From a virus (taxonomy: Duplodnaviria > Caudoviricetes), in the IMG/VR virus record IMGVR_UViG_3300003635_000005, positions 1 to 50,476 of that record: a stretch of 50,476 bases of DNA; one strand, given 5' to 3'. The stretch's first letter is position 1. The number at the start of each line of letters is the position of its first letter. The position numbers and the translations under genes were made by a program. Shown piece by piece: positions 44,361-50,476 of this stretch. The notes under the pieces were generated by a model, which was given only the letters and a program-made list of their open reading frames with translations, ran no database searches and was not told the DNA's origin.

Positions 44361-46034
44361 ATGAGGGTCAACGACATTGCGGAGTTTTCGGACACAATAG
44401 ACTCGGGAGGGGAGACCACGCTCACCGTGGAGACCGAGGAGCGCAACGCCACCATGGTCATGCTCTCGGTGGAGGCCGCTGGCGGCGGGAGTGCTGTTTT
44501 CCACGGCCTTGAGTGGGAGTATCGGCCCACGGACGCCGCCGGGTGGAGGTACTACAAGGCCGAGGACGCAAGTGATGACCGCACCCACATTGAGCCGGCG
44601 CTCCCGCGGCAAATGAGAGTCACCGTGACCAACGTGACGGACGCCGCCACCACGTTTGACATACGGCTCTCCTCCATGGGTCCGCAAGGCAACAACGCCG
44701 CCGGCTCCATGGGTATGCCGCCGCTGGCGGACGGGGAGGTAAAGGTGAGTGACGTGAGCGCGTTGCTCTCAACGGTGGATCTCAATGACGGCGTGCGGAC
44801 CACGCCGGTCAAGAGCGAGTTTAACCTCACGCCGGCTCCGCTCTCGGTGTTTCGGGATTGGTGGCCAGCACAAAAGGACAAGGTGGAGGGCACCACCACT
44901 CCCGGCTCCGCGAGTTACAACGGAGACACCTATGTGGTGGAGACGGACGCCGTGACCAACGGGAGATCTTTCCTTGAGACGGCCAGCACGGGCCGATACC
45001 GGAGCGGATCCGTTGGGATTGCTGGCATATATGTGGAGTTTGACGGCCCGCCGGTGGGCTTTGCGGAGTGGGGATACCTCCGGGAGACGGACACCAACGC
45101 ACTCAAGTTTAGGTATGAGAGTGACGGCTCACTCTCGTTTGTCATCACGAGGGCCGGCGTGGATCTCGTCATACCGCAATCCGCGTGGGCACCGAGTGGA
45201 GAGCAAGAGGTCACGGACGCCAATGGAGATCCGGTGGGTGTTGTCATCGGGATTGACGGCATGGACGGCAACGGCCCGAGTGGCGTGACGCTCAACCCGG
45301 ACAACGGGTATGTGTATCGGGTGGACTTTGCGTGGTATGGCGGCGGCGCAATCGCTCCTCACATTGTGGAGATTGGTCCAACGGGCCAGCAACGAGCGTG
45401 GCCAATCTTTGCCTATATGCCTCGTGGCCAAACGAGTATCTCCCAACCCAATCAACCCGTGAGTGCGGTCCTCAACAATGACGGCACGGCCACGGCGGAC
45501 TCGCTCAAGGTTGCTGGCCGGCAATTCTCCACCGCTGGTGACTTTGAGGACGAGGTGCGAGAGACCACGCACCTCCGTGAGGACTTTGACATACAAACCA
45601 CGTGGGAGCCGTGGCTTTTCGTCCGGCGCAAGGACACCATTGACGGATCCGCCACGGCGGAGGGCATATCTTTTGACCTCGGGCCGCTGGCGTGGGCCAT
45701 TGACCAAACCATTGCGTTTGAGGCACGGGTTGGAGTGGTGCCGGACGGATCTCCCGATTGGCAAGCACCCTCCCGGACCTCCCCGGACGAGACGGCGGTG
45801 GAGGTGGCGGAGACGGTGGACGGTGGCAACCCGCTGGCCGTCACGGACAACGGAGAAAAGTATGGCGGCAACCTTGCCGGCTCCGCTCAAGGCGGCAACA
45901 AGACGCTCACGGACCAAAGCCGGGAGTTTGGCGCTCCTTTCCCGAGGAGATCCGTCAACGCAATCTTTGCAAAGGCGGTTGATACGGCCACGTCCGGCTC
46001 CTCGGTCAACACGACAATCCCGGAGGGGTGGTAA
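44361..46034 (+). CDS. Large beta-rich putative virion protein
   Basis: 557 aa; RY.SG..EWGY..DG.GPSG.TL......Y..DF.WYG.G motifs; restart-class promoter. Confidence 0.55.
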   Translation: MRVNDIAEFSDTIDSGGETTLTVETEERNATMVMLSVEAAGGGSAVFHGLEWEYRPTDAAGWRYYKAEDASDDRTHIEPALPRQMRVTVTNVTDAATTFDIRLSSMGPQGNNAAGSMGMPPLADGEVKVSDVSALLSTVDLNDGVRTTPVKSEFNLTPAPLSVFRDWWPAQKDKVEGTTTPGSASYNGDTYVVETDAVTNGRSFLETASTGRYRSGSVGIAGIYVEFDGPPVGFAEWGYLRETDTNALKFRYESDGSLSFVITRAGVDLVIPQSAWAPSGEQEVTDANGDPVGVVIGIDGMDGNGPSGVTLNPDNGYVYRVDFAWYGGGAIAPHIVEIGPTGQQRAWPIFAYMPRGQTSISQPNQPVSAVLNNDGTATADSLKVAGRQFSTAGDFEDEVRETTHLREDFDIQTTWEPWLFVRRKDTIDGSATAEGISFDLGPLAWAIDQTIAFEARVGVVPDGSPDWQAPSRTSPDETAVEVAETVDGGNPLAVTDNGEKYGGNLAGSAQGGNKTLTDQSREFGAPFPRRSVNAIFAKAVDTATSGSSVNTTIPEGW

Positions 46035-46122
46035 GAGTAGGGAGAGATTGTTTAGTGTAAAGTCGGGCCTAACTCCGCGAGGCAACACTTTTGGTGAGGC
46101 GCTAAGAAAGTCGGCATAATCA

Positions 46123-48543
46123 ATGGCTCCTCGGCGCTCCCCTCTTGACCACGCACTCCATGGGCCAGCGGACGAGGACGGTGCCGATGACTCAAGCACC
46201 GTCCAAAAGGGCACCACTCCGGGCCGTGCCTCCGGCGTGAGTGCTGGTGGATCCACACAAGGCACCGGGCAAGCCGTGGTGGACACCACGAGGCCCGGCA
46301 AGTCCATGTTTGGCCAGCAATCAGTTTTCAAGCAAGAGGTGGACCGCCGTGCCACCACCTCACCGCAAGTCTCCCGCTCCGTGCGGGCCAACGGCGGCGT
46401 GACAAAGCCGTATGACCCCGCTCTCCTCCGTGACGTGGCGGATAGTGGGCCAGCACAAGCGTATATTGACACTCTCGCGCAAGACGTTGCGAGTGCCCGG
46501 TGGAGCCTCGTGGCCCGTGACGAGGACACCGATTTGGAGGACGAGGACCGTGCCGAGTTGGAGCGCAAGTTGGAGAGCATACACCCCGAAAAGTCTTTCC
46601 GGGATATTCTTGAGCAAACGGCCCGCAATCTCCTTGAGTTGGGAGACGCCGCGTGGGTCAAGCACTACTTTGAGAATAGTGACGAGTTGGCCGAGGTGGT
46701 GCCGGTGGACTCGGCCCGGATTTTCAAGCGGGTGGACAACCACGGCCTCACGCAAGCGTATCTCCAAACCGAGTTTAGCACGTTGGACATTGGAGACACT
46801 CTTGACACCAGCGAGGTGGTTTGGTTTGAGTGGGCAAGCCGGACGGACCACGTATATGGCCACGGGCCGGTGGAGAAAGGGCTTGAGACGCTCATGCTCC
46901 TTGACGAGTTGCAACAAAAGGAAAAGAAAGATCTTGAGGAGGGTATGCCGCCGGGCATAGTCTCCGCCGCCGAGGACGCCGACAACCCGTTGCCGCCGGA
47001 CGAGTTTGATACCGTCAAGGAGGAGTTTGAGTTGCACGAGGGTGAGCGGCACCGGCTCCTCGTCACCCGCGGTGAGTGGGACTTTACGGACTTTAGCGGT
47101 AACTATCAAGAGTTGCAAATCCTTGACCGCAACAAGTTTTGGATCCACGTCCTCGGTGCGGTCATGAAAGTCAACCCGCCGTATGCTGGTTTTGACTTTC
47201 AAGAGGGCAACAAGGCTCAAAACGAGAGCCAAAAGGAGGCTTACGCTCAACGTGGGTTTAGGCAAACCCTCCGGCAAGTGGAGGAGGCAATCACGCGGCA
47301 ACTTATCCACGAGGATCTCACCGAGGAGTTGGACTTTAAATTTGAGCGAGAGCAAACCGTGGCGGAGCGCAAGGAGCAAGCCACGCTCCTTGAGCAAGCG
47401 GCCAACGCCGCCGAGGCGTGGGCCAACAATGGCCGCAACGTGACGGTGGACGAGGACGGCACTATCTCCGTGGAGCCGGGTGAGGTCACTCCCGATGACG
47501 TGGACAAGCCGGACTCGGGAGGCCCGCTTTTCGGATCCGTGGACAAGGAGGGTGTCCAAAAGGCCGTGCCACTCTCGGCACCAGCGGGTAACAACCCGGT
47601 GGGTGATGACGCCATGGGTGAGTGGCGCAAATTCCTTGCCGACATAGCGGACGAGGGAGGCATGGTGATGGACCCCGAGAGTGAGCGGACGTATCCCGGT
47701 GACGAGTTGGCTCCCACGGGCAACGTGGTGGTCTTTGGCGTGGAGCCGGAGCGTCTCCGCTCCCTCATGGAGGCATATCCCGGCGTGCAATACAACGTGG
47801 AGGAGCCGACAAGCCGAGATCCGCCGGGAGGTGACGAGTTTGAGGATAGTGAGGCCGAGTCACCAGCGGACGAGGCACCACCGGGCATGGATCTCACCGA
47901 GGACGAGGTGCTCCGCATGGACGAGATCCTTGAGGGAGCGTATAAGTCCCAAATTTGGCCGGAGAGCGTTGATGACATAGAAAAGCGGGCATGGAGCGGA
48001 GACCAATCCGTGCCGGACTATGTGTTGGAGCAAATCAGCATGGCCATTGACCGTGGAGCGGTCTTTGACGACTTTGAGACCCTCCCGGAGCGCGTTGTGG
48101 AGGAGGTCAAGAGCCTCCTCAAGGACAACCTCACGCAACCGCAAGGGTGGAGCCTTGACTCGGTGGTTGATGACTTCAAGGACGTTTTCCCCGGCGTGCC
48201 CGAGGAGCAACTTGAGACGGTGGCCCGGACGGAGACCGCCAGCGTGCTCAACACCGCACGCGAGGAGGGTTATCAATCCCGCGAGGAGAGCGGACGGTTT
48301 AAATTCAAGTGGGTGGGTCCGTCCGACAACCGGACCACGGACGCTTGCACCGAGTTGAAAGAGCGGACCAACCCGGACCACGGCGGCACTCCCGTGAGCC
48401 TCCCGGATCTCAAGCGCATGGAGCAAGAGGTCCACGCGGAGCACTTTGAAAACCTTGAGTTTAGGACTCACACAATCCACCCCAACGAGCGGCATACGTT
48501 TGTCCGACTCGCGGAGAGTGGTGAGGGAGGTGACTTGACGTGA
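46123..48543 (+). CDS. Portal protein fused to a C-terminal MuF (SPP1 gp7-like) domain
   Basis: LL.LGDA, YG.GP, G..PGI portal motifs; ARTET......KW....D.RT...C...HPN.R MuF motifs. Confidence 0.88.
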   Translation: MAPRRSPLDHALHGPADEDGADDSSTVQKGTTPGRASGVSAGGSTQGTGQAVVDTTRPGKSMFGQQSVFKQEVDRRATTSPQVSRSVRANGGVTKPYDPALLRDVADSGPAQAYIDTLAQDVASARWSLVARDEDTDLEDEDRAELERKLESIHPEKSFRDILEQTARNLLELGDAAWVKHYFENSDELAEVVPVDSARIFKRVDNHGLTQAYLQTEFSTLDIGDTLDTSEVVWFEWASRTDHVYGHGPVEKGLETLMLLDELQQKEKKDLEEGMPPGIVSAAEDADNPLPPDEFDTVKEEFELHEGERHRLLVTRGEWDFTDFSGNYQELQILDRNKFWIHVLGAVMKVNPPYAGFDFQEGNKAQNESQKEAYAQRGFRQTLRQVEEAITRQLIHEDLTEELDFKFEREQTVAERKEQATLLEQAANAAEAWANNGRNVTVDEDGTISVEPGEVTPDDVDKPDSGGPLFGSVDKEGVQKAVPLSAPAGNNPVGDDAMGEWRKFLADIADEGGMVMDPESERTYPGDELAPTGNVVVFGVEPERLRSLMEAYPGVQYNVEEPTSRDPPGGDEFEDSEAESPADEAPPGMDLTEDEVLRMDEILEGAYKSQIWPESVDDIEKRAWSGDQSVPDYVLEQISMAIDRGAVFDDFETLPERVVEEVKSLLKDNLTQPQGWSLDSVVDDFKDVFPGVPEEQLETVARTETASVLNTAREEGYQSREESGRFKFKWVGPSDNRTTDACTELKERTNPDHGGTPVSLPDLKRMEQEVHAEHFENLEFRTHTIHPNERHTFVRLAESGEGGDLT

Positions 48544-48884
48544 GCCGCACGCCGCTCAAGGGCACGGACTATGTGTATGAGGAGCCGCCGTGGTGGGCCG
48601 TGGGTCCGCTCAAGGCGGTCTCCATGGACCTCACGTATGACGAGGCGCACGCGGCGCTCCTCGGCCTCGTGGGCATACCGTTGGCCCTCGCGTGGGCCGC
48701 TGGCCTCACCACCGAGGTGGCCGGCCTCGTGGTGGCGCTCGTGGCTCTCGCGTTTGGCCTCAAGCGGGCACCGGACACCGCACCGATTGCCCGGCGGATT
48801 GTCCGCAAGGAGCCGTGGTATTTCACCACGGTGCTGGTGGCCGCACTCGTGCTCTCCCTCGGCACCGTGGAGGTGCTGGCATGA
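48540..48884 (+). CDS. Multi-pass membrane protein
   Basis: About 3 hydrophobic helices; GTGA overlap. Confidence 0.65.
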   Translation: MSRTPLKGTDYVYEEPPWWAVGPLKAVSMDLTYDEAHAALLGLVGIPLALAWAAGLTTEVAGLVVALVALAFGLKRAPDTAPIARRIVRKEPWYFTTVLVAALVLSLGTVEVLA

Positions 48885-49162
48885 GCGGATCCGACGAGGA
48901 GGAGGCACCCGAGGAGGTGGTGGACGGCGGCGGCACCACCACGGCCACGTATCGGTTTAAGTATCTCTCCACCATTGTCACGGTCCTCGTCACGCTTGCT
49001 TACTCGGGCCTCGTCATCGGGCAAGCGTTTGGATACACCGCCAGCACGGTGGACGGCGGCACGTGGGCCACGTTTTCGCTGGCGTTTGTGGCCGTGATTG
49101 CTTACTCCGTGGGAGTGGACACACTCAAGGCCGCCGCGGAGGCACGTGGAGGTAACTCATGA
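48881..49162 (+). CDS. Two-helix membrane protein
   Basis: ATGA overlap; 2 TM segments. Confidence 0.65.
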   Translation: MSGSDEEEAPEEVVDGGGTTTATYRFKYLSTIVTVLVTLAYSGLVIGQAFGYTASTVDGGTWATFSLAFVAVIAYSVGVDTLKAAAEARGGNS

Positions 49163-49437
49163 AAGACACCAGCGAGATCCTCAAGGAGGCCGGCGGGTAT
49201 GAGGGCATAGTCAAGGGCATGGACGAGGATCTTGCCCGGACTAAACGGCAACGTGAGGTGGAGAGTTGCTTTGGCAAGAGCCTCCCGGCGGTGCTCCGGG
49301 AGTTGCACGGCAAGGAGGACTCAAAGGCGGCCATGCTCCGCCGTATCAACGAGGCGTTGGAGGCCAACAACTTTGACGGCTCACTCTCTCGGCCCACGCT
49401 TTACTCGTGGCTTGACACCGTGGAGTTGGACGCTTAG
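49159..49437 (+). CDS. Small HTH-like protein
   Basis: C-terminal LSRPTLYSWL recognition-helix pattern. Confidence 0.55.
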   Translation: MKDTSEILKEAGGYEGIVKGMDEDLARTKRQREVESCFGKSLPAVLRELHGKEDSKAAMLRRINEALEANNFDGSLSRPTLYSWLDTVELDA

Positions 49438-49474
49438 GCCAACCTTCTTAATGGAGTGCCGTCTTGCCTTACTT

Positions 49475-49660
49475 GCGTCTCCCACCGGAGACGTATGCCG
49501 GTCTCGGGCCGGTTGTCAGAGGCACCACGTCTCCCCACTCGGGCACGTGGTCTCCCCCACCGCCACCGACGAGGGCCAGCACGCGGGGTGCTAAAGCCGG
49601 CTTTTCTCCGGCAAACACCTCCGCACGCTCCACCCTTTCCCCTACCCACTCCCTTCATGC
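49475..49660 (+). ncRNA. Second candidate structured RNA
   Basis: CTTAAT box ~28 nt upstream; five consecutive hairpins; pyrimidine tract at the end; no credible ORF. Confidence 0.4.
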
Positions 49661-49784
49661 GATTAGTGGAGACCTCCGTGCTCCTTAGTGCGAGAGTGTT
49701 AAGCGATTGTGTAAACCGTTTAGTCACGGCCAGCGGCCCGCTTTTTACATCACATTAAGTAAGGAGGCCCTTGAGGAGGCTTGT

Positions 49785-50476
49785 GTGGCAAGCGAGACCC
49801 ACAAGGACGAGGAGGTAAGCAAGCCACTCCCCGGTGGCTCCTTTGAGGGGTGCGTCCGGCGTTTTGGACAAGATCCGGGGATTGATGACCCCGAGGCGTT
49901 TTGCGGTTGGTTGGAGCAACAAGCGAAAGAGGGCAACGAGGCCGTCCTCAATTGGGACGCCGAGGAGGATACCGTTGAGGATCTCATTGAGGCCCTCAAT
50001 GACCCCGAGGCGGAGAAAGTGCTCCAAAACCTCACGGTCACATACGTGAGCGGCGTTGAAAATCCGGCTCAAGACTCGCAATGGGTCATGGCCAAAGACG
50101 CCGATGACCGCGGAGCGGATTGGGGTGTCACCGCACCCCTTGTGGTCAAGGAGGGAGATCTCCCGATGACCGACGAGGACGGTGAGGAGGAGCAAAAGGC
50201 GTGGGCACCCGTCTTAATCCCCAACGAGACCGACAAGCAAGGTGACGTTATCCCGGTCAAGGAGATTGAGACGGCGGCCCATGACTTTCTTGCCGAGTAT
50301 CGGCAAGTGGATACGGACCATGACCTCCTCGCTGGCAAAGGCACGCCAATTGAGAGTTGGACACTCAAGACGGACACCACGTTTGACCTCCCGGACGGAT
50401 CCGAGAGCCGCGAGTATCCCGCGGGCACGTGGTTTATGGGTGTCCAATTCACGGACGAGGCGTGGGACCGTATCAA
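49785..50476 (+). CDS. 5' part of prohead protease/scaffold (XkdF-like); full ORF ~507 aa across the join
   Basis: GTG ~29 nt after TTAAGTA; VS.VE.PA, VLIP...D.QGD.....IE.AAH.F......H....ESW motifs; in frame with 59-931. Confidence 0.85.
   Translation, partial: MASETHKDEEVSKPLPGGSFEGCVRRFGQDPGIDDPEAFCGWLEQQAKEGNEAVLNWDAEEDTVEDLIEALNDPEAEKVLQNLTVTYVSGVENPAQDSQWVMAKDADDRGADWGVTAPLVVKEGDLPMTDEDGEEEQKAWAPVLIPNETDKQGDVIPVKEIETAAHDFLAEYRQVDTDHDLLAGKGTPIESWTLKTDTTFDLPDGSESREYPAGTWFMGVQFTDEAWDRI
50378..50476. repeat. End overlap identical to 1-99
   Basis: Direct comparison. Confidence 0.95.

Noticed and set aside
49500-49509. 10-nt antisense match of the second RNA candidate to the adaptor gene start (3722-3731)
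   Set aside because: A single 10-mer match is expected by chance in a genome of this size.
394-50447. Long minus-strand and alternate-frame ORFs (e.g. 18644-20092, 24295-25824, 45129-46661, 46360-47790)
   Set aside because: Shadows of GC-rich acidic + strand genes; S/L/R/H-rich translations with no motifs or promoters.
50378-50476. 99-bp terminal direct repeat as a biological genome end
   Set aside because: It cuts through the protease ORF and equals a common assembly k-mer length, so it is best read as circularisation overlap.

Overview
This window is an apparently complete circular contig of a tailed haloarchaeal virus with siphovirus-type gene order. It is 50,377 bp once the 99-bp end overlap (1-99 = 50378-50476) is removed. 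Proteins are highly acidic and all credible genes lie on the + strand. The morphogenesis module runs TerL, a large beta-rich protein, portal fused to a MuF-like domain, protease/scaffold (spanning the contig ends), HK97-type MCP, neck proteins, tail tube, tail chaperone with a -1 frameshift, short tape measure, baseplate and fibres. The non-structural arm encodes Hjc, a HEXXH+vWA protein with a MoxR-type AAA+ partner, RHH and AbrB-like regulators, many CxxC microproteins and one tRNA-Gln(UUG). I recognise no polymerase, primase, helicase, integrase or methyltransferase. Three observations stand out. (1) A structured non-coding element at ~27676-27830, behind the same 13-bp promoter as the tRNA, carries CAU-containing segments antisense to the start-codon regions of genes driven by one shared promoter class (TATCTCAC-N3-CCGGTA). 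It is a candidate multi-guide translational shut-off RNA. (2) Four ~70-bp near-identical promoter/leader repeats head cassettes of SH3-like cargo genes; three are inserted into the morphogenesis module and each of those is followed by a conserved restart promoter. (3) The genome strongly avoids CAG/CTG (except in CCAGC), TCGA, AGCT and GTTC, which drives Gln to CAA. This matches a tRNA-Gln(UUG) whose T-arm has itself lost those motifs. All calls come from manual reading; no searches or counts were run.
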